Virus record (IMG/VR): IMGVR_UViG_3300044613_003165
Span: 1 to 62,716 of that record
Reading direction: 5' to 3' (one strand)
Length of the DNA stretch: 62,716 nucleotides
From: a virus
Taxonomy: Duplodnaviria; Caudoviricetes
Part shown: positions 1 through 10,083 of the stretch, piece after piece
Layout of the letters: each line of letters starts with the position of its first letter
Numbering within the stretch: position 1 is the stretch's first letter
Notes under the pieces: generated by a model
Told to the model about the DNA's origin: nothing
The model's input: the letters and a program-made list of their open reading frames with translations, nothing else
Databases searched by the model: none
Translations under genes and position numbers: made by a program

Positions 1-885
1 GCGCATATTTCAGATACGCATTTTGGTGCTAATATCGAAAAAAGAGAAATGGGTCAAATTAACGAGTTTAACTGGAGCATTGCTTCAAGGCGAATGGGGC
101 TATTTGCTGAGCAAGTAGTCCAGTATAAACCACAACATCGAAAAGAAACTGACTTAGTTGTAGCCCTAAATGGCGACATTATTGCAGGAATGATTCATGA
201 CCAGGAATGGTTTGCTGATCTTTTAACTAAACAAGTAGCTGGATCTATTAAACTATTAACTCAATTCGTAAGTTACGTAGCCGGACACTTTAATAAAGTA
301 AAGGTAGTTTGTACTGTAGGTAATCACGGTAGGGCTATGCATAAATCTAACAAAAGTCGAGCTACTACGCATAAATGGGATTCCTACGAGAACATGATTT
401 ACATAGCTTTAAAGTACGCAATGGAAGCTAAACATAAAAATGTTACTGTAGAAATTCCTGTATCGCCATATGCTATTATTGATATTCAGGGTCATAAGTT
501 TTTGCAGACTCATGGAGATACTGTAATTAACGTGGGTAATCCTGGGTCTAGCATTAACATGAAAAGTATTAATACTCAAATTAAGAATTTAAATAGTTCG
601 GATATTGCGCCTACTAAGTTTTCGGGTGTTTTAGTTGGACACGTTCATGTGCCGACCGTTCAAGTAACCGATAACGGTACTGTTCTTTTAGTAAACGGAA
701 CCCTATCTGGTGCCGATCCCTACGTACAAAGCATTGGTATTTTTAGTAATGAACCTACCCAAATGATGTTTGAGGTTACGAAAGATCACGCTGTTGGAGA
801 TATCCGTTTTGTTCGTTTACAAGATGCTGATAAGAGAGTCGAATTAGAAAAGATTATTGAACCTTTAATTAACGAACTGGAGTAA
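1..885 (+). CDS. Calcineurin-like metallophosphoesterase (5' truncated by window edge)
   Basis: Frame is open from base 1 (AHISDTHFG = DxH motif), followed by GD, GNH, HGD and GHxH motifs. Confidence 0.8.
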   Translation, partial: AHISDTHFGANIEKREMGQINEFNWSIASRRMGLFAEQVVQYKPQHRKETDLVVALNGDIIAGMIHDQEWFADLLTKQVAGSIKLLTQFVSYVAGHFNKVKVVCTVGNHGRAMHKSNKSRATTHKWDSYENMIYIALKYAMEAKHKNVTVEIPVSPYAIIDIQGHKFLQTHGDTVINVGNPGSSINMKSINTQIKNLNSSDIAPTKFSGVLVGHVHVPTVQVTDNGTVLLVNGTLSGADPYVQSIGIFSNEPTQMMFEVTKDHAVGDIRFVRLQDADKRVELEKIIEPLINELE

Positions 886-887
886 GT

Positions 888-1184
888 ATGGCTAAGAAAA
901 AATACCCTCCGATTAAACCTGGCTATGTGGTCAATAAACGTCACTATACGGTTACGTTTACTGATGAAATAGCCGGTAGACCTGATGTATTAGGGGAGTG
1001 TCACCATGAACCTCCTATTATTCTTTTAAAAAGTAAGCAAAGTGAAAAAGAAGTGTTTTCTACGCTTATTCATGAACTAGTACACGTATTTGATTTTGAA
1101 TACGATATTAACCTAACTGAAACCCAAGTACAAAAGCTTGAAAAAGCTGTGATTAGGTTTTTAAATAAAAATCAATTAATTTAA
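888..1184 (+). CDS. Small zinc metallopeptidase-like protein (HExxH)
   Basis: TLIHELVH motif, upstream G-x-C, downstream E. Confidence 0.6.
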   Translation: MAKKKYPPIKPGYVVNKRHYTVTFTDEIAGRPDVLGECHHEPPIILLKSKQSEKEVFSTLIHELVHVFDFEYDINLTETQVQKLEKAVIRFLNKNQLI

Positions 1185-1194
1185 GGAGATTAAA

Positions 1195-1416
1195 ATGTCT
1201 GATTCAGTAAATCATCCTAAGCATTACAATTCAGGTAAGTTTGAGGTAATTGATGTTATTGAGGATTGGAATCTGGGGTTTAACCTAGGTAACGCTGTAA
1301 AATACGTGGGTAGAGCGGGTAAAAAAGACCCTAATAAAACTGTAGAAGACCTATCTAAAGCTGTTTGGTACATTGAAAGGGAAATTAAACGACTAAAGAC
1401 TGAAGTAAACAAATAG
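1195..1416 (+). CDS. DUF3310 family protein (T7 gp1.7-like nucleotide kinase family)
   Basis: DSVNHPKHY...GNAVKYVGRAGKK...EDLSKAVWY signature; SD AAGGAG. Confidence 0.85.
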   Translation: MSDSVNHPKHYNSGKFEVIDVIEDWNLGFNLGNAVKYVGRAGKKDPNKTVEDLSKAVWYIEREIKRLKTEVNK

Positions 1417-1431
1417 TTTATAGAGGTGTTT

Positions 1432-1575
1432 ATGGATAAAGTTATTGTAAGAGTTATTCCTGGTATTAATCCTTCTGTTAAGATTATACAGCTTATTAAT
1501 GTAGTTAACGATGTAGAAACCGTTGTACATACCCTTAAGGTTTCTATTAACGTGCCGGTGGAGGTACAAGAGTAG
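1432..1575 (+). CDS. Hypothetical 47-aa protein (not in ORF track)
   Basis: ATG after SD GAGGTG; fills the gap in a + strand operon. Confidence 0.55.
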   Translation: MDKVIVRVIPGINPSVKIIQLINVVNDVETVVHTLKVSINVPVEVQE

Positions 1576-1584
1576 GGGTAGTTT

Positions 1585-1878
1585 ATGCGGGATCGTAAAA
1601 AGCGTGAAAACGAAGACCTTAAAGGTGAAATTCGTCAGCTTAAAAAAGTTATTAAACACTTAAAAAAAGAAGCCGGTAAAGCAGAAAAGAAAGCCAGACG
1701 GCAAGAATACGATTTGCAAAACTTTAGCGTAGAAGAAGAATTACCAGAACCTTCTATTACTAAAGATGATAATGTTTGTGAAAATTGCGGTAAAACTGTT
1801 CAGATCATAAACCTTGAAAAACAAGGTAAGTTTTATAAGTGCTCTAACTGTAAAACTCAAAGAAGAAAAAAGACTTGA
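1585..1878 (+). CDS. Coiled-coil plus zinc-ribbon protein
   Basis: CENC...CSNC. Confidence 0.55.
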   Translation: MRDRKKRENEDLKGEIRQLKKVIKHLKKEAGKAEKKARRQEYDLQNFSVEEELPEPSITKDDNVCENCGKTVQIINLEKQGKFYKCSNCKTQRRKKT

Positions 1879-1908
1879 CGTAATTTATAGATATAGTACA
1901 TTGGTACT

Positions 1909-2565
1909 ATGAGTCTAGAACTAGCTCCTAGTGCTAACAAAAAACTACTAGTTATAGACCCAAGCGGTAGTCATTTAGCTTTTTCTATTGTAAGTATTGA
2001 CGATAAAGTTCTTACTTTTCATTATGTAGGAATGCTTTGGACTCAACCTAGCTGGGGTATTGGTAAACGCCTTTCTTATATGGAAAGAGCATTTAAATTT
2101 CTTTTAAACCTTAAAAATCACGTAGTTGACTCAATGTATACCGAGGCTTTCTTTGTAAACAAGTTTAAAATGTCCGGTATTTCAGTAATACCTACTGTTA
2201 ATAATTTAATGCAGAAAGTGATTTATGAAGAGGATTCTAGGATTGGTTATAAGGAGATTAGTCCTACGACTTGGCGTAAGGTCTTGGGTATTAAGGCTGT
2301 TACTTCTGACACTGGTGGGAAAGATTATAAATTCCCTACGGAAACTTACGTAAAGAATAATATTAAAGTTCCTTTACCTGATGAAATTATTTCTAACATT
2401 ACGTTTAATCTTAGGGCTAGACCTAATGATATTACTGACGTAATGGCTATTAGTATGGCTATAGGTAAAACATTAGGATGTACTGAATTTGATGTAACTT
2501 CTTATTGTTTTAATTATGGATTGTTTTATAACAGTTTAAAGGAGTTATATGAAAATTTTAAGTAG
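1909..2565 (+). CDS. RuvC-like Holliday junction resolvase
   Basis: N-terminal VIDPS, central E (TEAF), SPTTWRKVLG, C-terminal NDITDVMAI acidic residues. Confidence 0.7.
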   Translation: MSLELAPSANKKLLVIDPSGSHLAFSIVSIDDKVLTFHYVGMLWTQPSWGIGKRLSYMERAFKFLLNLKNHVVDSMYTEAFFVNKFKMSGISVIPTVNNLMQKVIYEEDSRIGYKEISPTTWRKVLGIKAVTSDTGGKDYKFPTETYVKNNIKVPLPDEIISNITFNLRARPNDITDVMAISMAIGKTLGCTEFDVTSYCFNYGLFYNSLKELYENFK

Positions 2566-3265
2566 TATTGTTCGAGTAATTGCTGCTGTTTTAATCTTTT
2601 TATCGTCGGCTTATTTAGTGCTTCAGGCCCCGCAAATGCACTCTGAGTATATGCGAAATAAGGTAGGGGCTACTGTTTCTCTGTTAAACAATGGTCAAAG
2701 AACAGGAGGTGGAACAGGGTTTCAGGTAACAACCTCAAAGGGTGTTCAGTATACGCTAACTAACCGTCACGTTTGTCGAATGGATAAACCTATTAACACT
2801 TTAGTTAACGGTAAACGAAGAACATTAAAGATTGTTAAGGTATCCTCTAAAACAGATCTTTGTGTACTTGAGGCTATTAAGGAATTAAGGGCTTTAGATC
2901 TTGCTAGTTCTGTTAAAATCGGTGAGGGTATTGCTGCACTTGGACACCCTCAGTTATTACCTCTGGCCTTAACTAGGGGCGAATTAATGGGTTACGCTAG
3001 TGTTGGTATTGGAGAAGCTATGGTATTTAATCCTGCTCAATGCCCTAAAGCTACTGAACCAGTAATGAGTTTATTTGGTGTTATTTGTGTTCGAGAATAC
3101 AAAGCCGGTGTTACTAATGTCACTATTTTACCTGGATCTTCCGGTAGTCCTATGGTAAACTTTTGGGGTAATCTAGTAGGCGTTGTATTTGCTGCCAACA
3201 ATTCTAGTAATTGGGGATTAGTTATTCCATTAAACGAAGTAAGGGAGTTTTTAGAAAGCCTATGA
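2549..3265 (+). CDS. Membrane-anchored trypsin-like (HtrA-type, no PDZ) serine protease
   Basis: N-terminal hydrophobic segment, GTGF, TNRHV (His), DL (Asp), PGSSGSP (Ser). Confidence 0.85.
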   Translation: MKILSSIVRVIAAVLIFLSSAYLVLQAPQMHSEYMRNKVGATVSLLNNGQRTGGGTGFQVTTSKGVQYTLTNRHVCRMDKPINTLVNGKRRTLKIVKVSSKTDLCVLEAIKELRALDLASSVKIGEGIAALGHPQLLPLALTRGELMGYASVGIGEAMVFNPAQCPKATEPVMSLFGVICVREYKAGVTNVTILPGSSGSPMVNFWGNLVGVVFAANNSSNWGLVIPLNEVREFLESL

Positions 3266-3537
3266 AAAAATTAACTGAGTTATTTAAAAAATGGGGTTTA
3301 GCTGTTCTAGGTGTAATTGCTGGGATTATTGTACTGTTTCGATTTAGAGATAAGTTAGACGGCATTCTTTCAAAAGAAAAACTACAAAAAACTAATGAGG
3401 AATCAACCCGATTAGAAACTGTAGTAAAAATTAATAAAGAAGGCATTAAACGTCATTACAATGAAATGACTGAAAAACAAGAAGAAGCCGATAAAGTCAA
3501 ACCTAGTGAAGTAGAAGATTTTTATAAGAGGCGTTAA
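3262..3537 (+). CDS. Single-TM coiled-coil membrane protein (possible i-spanin)
   Basis: ATG at 3262 overlapping previous stop (ATGA); TM segment followed by helical region. Confidence 0.45.
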   Translation: MKKLTELFKKWGLAVLGVIAGIIVLFRFRDKLDGILSKEKLQKTNEESTRLETVVKINKEGIKRHYNEMTEKQEEADKVKPSEVEDFYKRR

Positions 3538-3538
3538 A

Positions 3539-3961
3539 ATGAAAGCCAAAGTAACAAGTAGCGTTGTGTATAGTGGTAAATTTAAAGATGTTAAATCTGT
3601 ATTACCTAAACTAATGCTATCTAAAAAGGGTATTTTAGATTTACATAAAAAAATAGGTTATTTAACTAAGGTTAGAATTGGATACGCTACAGAATCTTCT
3701 TTAAACCCTGATGTATTGGTTGAAGGTACTGAGGGTAAGCAAATTATTACCCAACATTTTCAAATAAATACAACTAATAAAGAAGAGTTCTATCACGTAG
3801 GTTATCGTCGTAGTGACGATTGGTTAGGATTAGACGGTAAATTAATTCACAAGTCTAAAGGTGTTTTACTTAGAATTGAATATCTTAGTACAGGAACAAA
3901 CTTGTTTAAGTTTATGTTTTATAAGTTTATGAAGTTATTTACGGTTAAGCGCGAGTCTTAG
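3539..3961 (+). CDS. Hypothetical protein
   Basis: ORF continuing the operon. Confidence 0.5.
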   Translation: MKAKVTSSVVYSGKFKDVKSVLPKLMLSKKGILDLHKKIGYLTKVRIGYATESSLNPDVLVEGTEGKQIITQHFQINTTNKEEFYHVGYRRSDDWLGLDGKLIHKSKGVLLRIEYLSTGTNLFKFMFYKFMKLFTVKRES

Positions 3962-4195
3962 CTTACCGAATTGACGATTAGCCCTATTAGCTTTTTGTTT
4001 GTCTCTAATAGCGCTTTTTTTCTCTTTGCTGCTAAGTTCTGACCAGGTTTTAGGTGTGCCGCTTGTTATCCTAACACTAGGGCGACACTTTTCGGGATTT
4101 TGTTTGTCTTTGCTTGTACCGCAAGGCTTACCGTCAGGCTTGGTCCACTTTTCTTTGTGCCAACGAGCTAAACCCGTAGTAGTTGGCTTAGGCAT
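3935..4195 (-). CDS. Small basic protein (DUF5872-like viral family)
   Basis: LARWHKEKW...PCG...KCRPSVRITSGTPKT pattern recalled from phage/large-virus basic proteins. Confidence 0.55.
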   Translation of the reverse strand: MPKPTTTGLARWHKEKWTKPDGKPCGTSKDKQNPEKCRPSVRITSGTPKTWSELSSKEKKSAIRDKQKANRANRQFGKLRLALNRK

Positions 4196-4382
4196 AGCCT
4201 CCGCCTTTTTCCTTGTATCGCTTGACTAACCAAGAACTACCGTAAGCACTAGGCCACTTAGTAAATTTACGTTTAGCCTCAGCTTTTACTTGGGCGTATA
4301 ATTTAGGATTAGTGGGTTTATCTCCGGTAGAGGTTCTGCCCATTGATTCTTTAAGTTTTTTAAATTCTCGTTTTTTAGCCAT
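4188..4382 (-). CDS. Small basic viral protein
   Basis: PTNPKLY..VK.EAK.KF.KWPSAY.S.WLVK.YK..GG pattern; translationally coupled to neighbours. Confidence 0.6.
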   Translation of the reverse strand: MAKKREFKKLKESMGRTSTGDKPTNPKLYAQVKAEAKRKFTKWPSAYGSSWLVKRYKEKGGGYA

Positions 4383-4648
4383 TATGATTTATTCCTTGGC
4401 CATAGGGTTTTACATGCCCAGTGTTGAGCACCTAGTTTGGTTTTTGGTTCGTCGCACTTATGTCGTGCTCTAAATGATTTTTTAGCAGCTTTAGAATAAT
4501 TATGTCTATAGCCCTTTTGTCCAAATCTTATAATTTTTTCTTTACCATCTTCGCAAGCTTTAACCACTGCTTTTTTAACTGGATGACTAGGAGTCATTTT
4601 AGGTTGATTGCATTTTAGCATTTCACGAAGTTTACTAAACTTTGCCAT
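4382..4648 (-). CDS. Small basic viral protein
   Basis: KIIRFGQKGY...KKSFRARHKCD...HWAC pattern. Confidence 0.6.
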   Translation of the reverse strand: MAKFSKLREMLKCNQPKMTPSHPVKKAVVKACEDGKEKIIRFGQKGYRHNYSKAAKKSFRARHKCDEPKTKLGAQHWACKTLWPRNKS

Positions 4649-4649
4649 A

Positions 4650-5918
4650 TTAAAGTAACCTATTTATTCTCTTATTAGCAGGTACTCTAAACTTTTCTAG
4701 TTCTTTTTGTAGTTCTCTAGCGCGTTTAATGCGATCACTTTGTTCTAGTTTTTTAGGATCTATTTTACTATGAGTAAGATTACTACCTTTTTCCCAAGCG
4801 TAGGTAGCTCTTTCTAAATCGTTTTTATTCTTAAATAAGACTTCTTTAGCTAATAAACGAGCTATAGTTTTTTCAAAAGCTGGATCATTTTCTACCATTT
4901 TAGCTAATTCTTGTTTGTCTAGTTTAGCTAAATCTTTAAATTGTTGTCTATTTTCTGCTGGTACTAGTTTACCGAGCACGTTAATTTCGCTACCGGCTTT
5001 AGTTAAAACATCTTTAATGGTATTAGGTAATAATCCGTAGCTTCCTACGGCTTTATCGCCTTTATGTATTCCCGACTTAATAACCTTGTGATTTTTATTT
5101 TGACCAAATGAAGATTCTAAGCCTTGTTGTAATAATAAGAAATTATCTAGTTTATTATCATCTAATTCAGTTTTAGTAAGATCTTCGATAAAGTTACGTC
5201 CTGGTTTAGTAGGTCTTACTGACCCAGCCTCGGCTTCCATAGCCTTTGTGCCTAAAGTACCTGCTGCTAGTCCTGTTCCTAACTTTAGTTTATTAGGTAA
5301 ACCTTCGATAGCTTTTCTTTTTATATTAGCAAAATTATCGGCGGTGTCTTTTATGGCTTTTTCTTTAATAGGATCATAGTAGACTGTATTCTCTAACACA
5401 TCTTTTACATACGGATCGTCTAAACTATCGGTAATCTCTTTTATAGTTTCTTCTTCGGTTTTATAAGTTTTTTTTATTGTAGGCAGTTTAGTAGGCTTAC
5501 TAGTTTTTGGTTTTAGATCAAGAATTTCTCTTAGGGTCGGTGAAGCGTACTGCTCTGTACCCTTTACGACTGTAGGCGCTTTACTAGCGCTTTCTTCTGC
5601 TACCTGTCTAGCAAAGTTTAAGTCATCAACCGCTTCTTTAGCCAATCGACCTTTAGGAATAGGTAAACCCTTTACTCCAATGCTGCCTACGGTACTAGCT
5701 GCTGACTGCGCTAAATTAAGTTGTTGGGCTAATTTTCTATTAAGGTCTTCTTCTGTGCTGGTATCTCCGGCCTTGCGTAAAACGCCTTTATTAAGCTCTA
5801 CAAGACCCTTCTCAGTGTCGCTTAAGTCCTCGATGCCTTTATCTGATTCTACAGAACCAGCGCCTTCTTCTTCCTTTAAACGATTAATAGAATTAACTAT
5901 AGACCTACGGTAATCCAT
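4650..5918 (-). CDS. Internal virion protein with C-terminal lysozyme/SLT-like domain
   Basis: LESSFG (catalytic E-S), AVGSYGLLPNT, ATYAWEKG resemble SLT motifs; late-promoter motif upstream. Confidence 0.55.
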   Translation of the reverse strand: MDYRRSIVNSINRLKEEEGAGSVESDKGIEDLSDTEKGLVELNKGVLRKAGDTSTEEDLNRKLAQQLNLAQSAASTVGSIGVKGLPIPKGRLAKEAVDDLNFARQVAEESASKAPTVVKGTEQYASPTLREILDLKPKTSKPTKLPTIKKTYKTEEETIKEITDSLDDPYVKDVLENTVYYDPIKEKAIKDTADNFANIKRKAIEGLPNKLKLGTGLAAGTLGTKAMEAEAGSVRPTKPGRNFIEDLTKTELDDNKLDNFLLLQQGLESSFGQNKNHKVIKSGIHKGDKAVGSYGLLPNTIKDVLTKAGSEINVLGKLVPAENRQQFKDLAKLDKQELAKMVENDPAFEKTIARLLAKEVLFKNKNDLERATYAWEKGSNLTHSKIDPKKLEQSDRIKRARELQKELEKFRVPANKRINRLL

Positions 5919-5925
5919 TTAGAGC

Positions 5926-5954
5926 TTGACTCCTATTAAATTATTTGTTAAATT
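5926..5954 (+). promoter_or_regulatory. sigma70-like promoter TTGACT-N17-TAAATT, near-leaderless to ATG 5962
   Basis: Consensus-like hexamers with 17-nt spacer. Confidence 0.55.
5942..5950 (-). promoter_or_regulatory. Candidate late promoter TAACAAATA (leftmost of 13 copies; all listed in findings)
   Basis: Identical 9-mer oriented towards virion genes. Confidence 0.7.
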
Positions 5955-5961
5955 GTAATAT

Positions 5962-6324
5962 ATGAGAACTATTAGCTTTTTTCTATTAATGTCATTAAGT
6001 TTCAATACCTTAGCTCAAGTACAGTACATCGAAAAAGGAACTCAAGCTCCTTTTACTGGTTATCTATTTACTCCTGAAGCAGAGTTAAAAAACCGTAAGG
6101 ATTTGATTCAACTGGATATGTTTCGTCAAACTGTACCCCTTTTAGAGCAAAATAACACCCTTTTAACCAAGCAGGTAGACCTATGGCGAACTCAATCAGA
6201 TGAGTTATCTAAACAACTTATTAGACAAGAAAGAAGTACCTTTTGGCAAAATCTAGGATATTTTGCTTTAGGTGCTGTTTTAACCACTGGCCTAGCTTTT
6301 GCAGTAAACCAATCAACTAAGTAA
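5962..6324 (+). CDS. Secreted coiled-coil protein with C-terminal TM (spanin-like?)
   Basis: Signal peptide (TLA-Q), coiled coil, C-terminal hydrophobic helix. Confidence 0.5.
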   Translation: MRTISFFLLMSLSFNTLAQVQYIEKGTQAPFTGYLFTPEAELKNRKDLIQLDMFRQTVPLLEQNNTLLTKQVDLWRTQSDELSKQLIRQERSTFWQNLGYFALGAVLTTGLAFAVNQSTK

Positions 6325-6361
6325 TTGACTTATTGGTATGAAATGGTAAATTAGATATATC

Positions 6362-6982
6362 ATGGACGAGAAAGACCTCAAGGATGAGGTTTATACTGAT
6401 GATCTTGGTATAGACCCTGCCGTTGGTGAAGTATTAAAAGCGGCAGATCTAAGTAAATTAGATAAAAGATCTACCCATATTATAAAAGAAATACGTAGAT
6501 TTATTATTGGTAATAACATAAAGCCTGGTAAAACAGGTATATTTTCTGAAATGGTATATGATCTTTATGTTCAGTGGTCCGATGCTCCAGTTTCGCCTCA
6601 GTGGTTTACGCAACACTTTAGGCTTTTCTTTCGTCGTTCTACTTGGTCTGATAGATTTTACTACTACAAGTTAGACCCTAAACCTTTTGGGGTAGAAGAA
6701 GATTTTAGCGTATACACTGCTTATAAACAAAAAGCGGGTTTACTTAAAAAGAAAAAAACAAAGCTTAATAAATATTATGGTGTTTATAGACTACCTTTTG
6801 GTGGATTTGTAGCTAGAGCTAAGAATCAAAATGGTGAGACGGTTTCGTTGGGTTTTTTTAAAACACCAAAAGAAGCGGCTATAAACTACGATAAATATGT
6901 TTATTTATTATGGGGTAGATCAGCCCATTTAAACTTCCCAGGAAGGATAAAAGAATATGAAAAAGAGTACCGCGAAAAGTAA
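6362..6982 (+). CDS. AP2-domain DNA-binding protein
   Basis: YYGVY...FVARA...SLGFFKTPKEAAINYD...G..AHLNFP is a typical AP2 domain; no HNH motif. Confidence 0.8.
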   Translation: MDEKDLKDEVYTDDLGIDPAVGEVLKAADLSKLDKRSTHIIKEIRRFIIGNNIKPGKTGIFSEMVYDLYVQWSDAPVSPQWFTQHFRLFFRRSTWSDRFYYYKLDPKPFGVEEDFSVYTAYKQKAGLLKKKKTKLNKYYGVYRLPFGGFVARAKNQNGETVSLGFFKTPKEAAINYDKYVYLLWGRSAHLNFPGRIKEYEKEYREK

Positions 6983-7430
6983 AAAGAAAAAAAGCGTACA
7001 CCGCAACAAAGAAAAGAATGTAACCTTTAACCTAAAAAGAATGGTAGCTAATAGAAGAGAACAATTAGCCGTAGATTATTTAAATCAGTTATCTGAAAAA
7101 GAAAAGAACTGGCTAAATAGATTTAATGAGGAATATGTATTGGCTAATTTTAATCATCCTGGTAAGGTATTAGATGACTCACCTAAAGCTAAAAAAAGAT
7201 CTTACGATGCTAATAACGCAAGAAATAGATGTCTTTATACAATGAGTAAAGTAACTGGTAAGTTAAATAAAATTATGTCTAAAGAGCATTTAGAAATACT
7301 ATTAGATCATGATAGATCTAATCAAAATCCCGAAGATGCGCTAATTGAAGCGATAGATGCTAAATTAGATTATACTAAGCTCTTGGAGGAGCTTAACCAA
7401 AGCAAAAAGGGTAGTAAAGACTCCGACTAA
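6957..7430 (+). CDS. Hypothetical basic protein
   Basis: ORF; DYL..LS..EK.WL..F.EEY pattern. Confidence 0.55.
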   Translation: MKKSTAKSKKKKSVHRNKEKNVTFNLKRMVANRREQLAVDYLNQLSEKEKNWLNRFNEEYVLANFNHPGKVLDDSPKAKKRSYDANNARNRCLYTMSKVTGKLNKIMSKEHLEILLDHDRSNQNPEDALIEAIDAKLDYTKLLEELNQSKKGSKDSD

Positions 7431-7643
7431 CCAAAGACTTCCGGAAAACCATTTAATAGGAGCTTCTACTTTTTCTAGTCGTTTATTTAATTCATTGGCT
7501 TTTAATTGGGCAGCTTCGTCTTGATTAGCGTGAAAACTAAGAGCACCTTCAATTCTGCCCATTCGATCTCTTAGATCACTAAATCCCTCATCTACTTTTT
7601 CTTGAAGATGAATTATTTGCTTTTCTAAAAATGAGTTATCCAC
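7365..7643 (-). CDS. Coiled-coil plus C-terminal TM protein (XhlA/holin-like)
   Basis: GTG start after SD AGGA; coiled coil then hydrophobic helix. Confidence 0.5.
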   Translation of the reverse strand: MDNSFLEKQIIHLQEKVDEGFSDLRDRMGRIEGALSFHANQDEAAQLKANELNKRLEKVEAPIKWFSGSLWLVGVFTTLFALVKLLQELSII

Positions 7644-7670
7644 GATACAATCCTAATTAGTTACTAGCGT

Positions 7671-10082
7671 TTATTCTTTCTTATCTTTCATTAATTCTCT
7701 AAAACCAGGGTCTTGTTGTATTAAAAATAACGTAGCGTTACGTTTAATAGGATCTGTAGTTGTTGAAGCTACGTTAAATAAGTTAGTTAGCTTTTTAGCG
7801 CTTTCTGTATCTTTTACTTTAGAAATTACTTCTTTACTTAGATTTTGTAGTTCTTTAGGCGTAGACTTGCTTAAAAAATTACTAAGGTTTTGTGCCGATC
7901 TTTTAACGGCTCCTGTGGCCCTTCCTAGTTGATTTGGTACTACATCTAATATAGCAGGTGTTTGTTTTAAAATTTGAGCAGGAGCATCTTGCGTTGCGGC
8001 AATGTTACTTAAGTCTATGTTATATAGATCGGCTTTTTCTAAGGCTTTTGACGCACCACCAATAAGTTCTTCGCCTCTTTCTTCACCAAAAGCTTTTTTG
8101 GCTATGTTTTGAGCACTCTCAAAATCTTTACCAGATTTTACATTGGGTTTAAAGGGTACTTCTAGTGTGCTAATTGTTTTTTGTGGGGTAATTACCTGTA
8201 ATTCTTCTTCTAATAGATCTTGTCTTCCTAGTAATTTTTCTAAGCTTTGAAATCTTTTTTGTTGTTGTAATAAATCTTTAGGAGTGCTTATGTCTATTTC
8301 TTGTTTAAGTAATTTTTTAGCTTCGGAATCGTCAATTTTAGACTTATTTATTATTTCAAATAAATCTGGTCTTTGGGTTTTTAGTAATTCATTCGCTCTT
8401 TCATTTACTTGTTTTTCAGTTATATTTAATTGTTTAGCAATTCTAGCTTTTTCTGCCGAACTTAAAACGCCTTTTTCTAGGGAATCGGCTAATTCCTGGT
8501 CTAGCACTTTAGCTGCTTGGGTAATAGGAGCTTCTATAAAAGTTCTTCCTAATTCTCTTTGACCGGCGACTTTATCACCGAATTCTACAATATCAATAGG
8601 AAATAATTTATCACTTGCTTTTTGTGAATAGTTACCTAATGTATCTTCTAATAAAAATAAATTTTTAAAACTATTGTTAATCCCTTTTAGTTCAGGTATG
8701 TTTTCTCCGATTTTATTGTCAATAGAAGTGTAAACTTCTAAAAATAATCTTCTCTGTTCATTAGGTAGATTTTTTGCTGTTTGATATATAAATTGTTTTA
8801 ATCCTTTAAATTGTTCTGGATCTAGTTTTTTAGCAAACCAAGAATCAAGATTACCTGAAATAGCGTCTAATTGTGCCGCTTGGTCTGGTCTAAGATTTAC
8901 TTTATAGTTGCCTAGGCTTGTTCTAAGTTGGTCTATTTCGTCGCTAAAATCTAATTTTACATTACTATTTTTAGTAATACGTCCGTATTCTTTGGTTAAG
9001 CCGTCTCGTGTTTTATTTATTTTTTGTGCTAGATTAACCGCTTCTTTTTCAAGTTTTTCATTAGCTTGTTTAATTCCAGCTTCTTTACCTTGTTCTAAAA
9101 CTTGTCTAGTTTGTTGTCTAGATTTTTGAAGTAGGTCTTCAAGCTCTTTTCTAGCTAAGTCGATATTTTCATTATGCTTAGCTACTTGTTCTTGTACTCG
9201 TAATTCAGCTTGCTTCTTAGCTGCTTCAATACCTTCTTCTGTTACCTTTTTACCTTCAACAATGGCATTACCTAAATCATCTAATTTTTTATAAGCTTCT
9301 TTTTGAACTTGTACTTGTTGTTCAGGATCAAGAATATTTCCGCCTTGTTGTCCTAAATCAAATTGTTTACCAGCCCTAGTGCCTATGTTACTTCGTGAAA
9401 TAGCGTTACTTGCGCCTTGTAAACCGTATTTAGCTAAAATACCAGCAGTAGCTCCACCGCCTATTTTAGCAGCTTTTTCTAGTAAGCTATCATCTTCGTT
9501 AATTAATTGAGAACCGCCGTAAGCTCCTAATCCTCCGGCTACTACGTTACCTGTACCAACTTTACCTACTGCTCCAGGTAAAACTCCGCCTAATACGGCT
9601 CCTGTAGCGGTGTCTCTAACAATTTCTCCTGCTGTATCACCTTCAGAGTATCCAAATCCTGCCGCTGCACCTTCTGCTGCACCTAAAGCGGCTATGCCTT
9701 TAGCACCTAAAGCTCCACCTTTAGCTAAAGCTGTAGCTCCTCCGGTTGCAAGTGTAGAGGCTAAACCTCCGGCTACGTTACCTAAAAATGCTGTTTTAGG
9801 ATTAGCTTCTTCACTGGCTTTAAAAGCTTGTCTAGATTCATCACGTTCTTCTGTGTAAAGTTCAGGTAAATCAGCTAGAGTTTTATCAGTAAAAGCTACG
9901 TCTTTTAGTGCTCCTGCCGCACCTGCTATTTCATCGGCTAATCCAAAACTAGCACCTTGTGCTGCGCCTCTTAGAAAAGATTCGGTCTTAGAAATAGAAT
10001 TATCTACTTCTTCGAATGGTTGACTTTCGTCAAAAGTAATCTCTTCAAATGGTAGCGATTCATCGAATTTTGGATCTGCCAT
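7671..10082 (-). CDS. Large internal virion / ejection protein
   Basis: GAAQGASFGLADEIAGA and Gly/Ala-rich membrane-like helices, then long helical region; start MADPKF after SD GAGGA. Confidence 0.6.
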   Translation of the reverse strand: MADPKFDESLPFEEITFDESQPFEEVDNSISKTESFLRGAAQGASFGLADEIAGAAGALKDVAFTDKTLADLPELYTEERDESRQAFKASEEANPKTAFLGNVAGGLASTLATGGATALAKGGALGAKGIAALGAAEGAAAGFGYSEGDTAGEIVRDTATGAVLGGVLPGAVGKVGTGNVVAGGLGAYGGSQLINEDDSLLEKAAKIGGGATAGILAKYGLQGASNAISRSNIGTRAGKQFDLGQQGGNILDPEQQVQVQKEAYKKLDDLGNAIVEGKKVTEEGIEAAKKQAELRVQEQVAKHNENIDLARKELEDLLQKSRQQTRQVLEQGKEAGIKQANEKLEKEAVNLAQKINKTRDGLTKEYGRITKNSNVKLDFSDEIDQLRTSLGNYKVNLRPDQAAQLDAISGNLDSWFAKKLDPEQFKGLKQFIYQTAKNLPNEQRRLFLEVYTSIDNKIGENIPELKGINNSFKNLFLLEDTLGNYSQKASDKLFPIDIVEFGDKVAGQRELGRTFIEAPITQAAKVLDQELADSLEKGVLSSAEKARIAKQLNITEKQVNERANELLKTQRPDLFEIINKSKIDDSEAKKLLKQEIDISTPKDLLQQQKRFQSLEKLLGRQDLLEEELQVITPQKTISTLEVPFKPNVKSGKDFESAQNIAKKAFGEERGEELIGGASKALEKADLYNIDLSNIAATQDAPAQILKQTPAILDVVPNQLGRATGAVKRSAQNLSNFLSKSTPKELQNLSKEVISKVKDTESAKKLTNLFNVASTTTDPIKRNATLFLIQQDPGFRELMKDKKE

Positions 10083-10083
10083 T

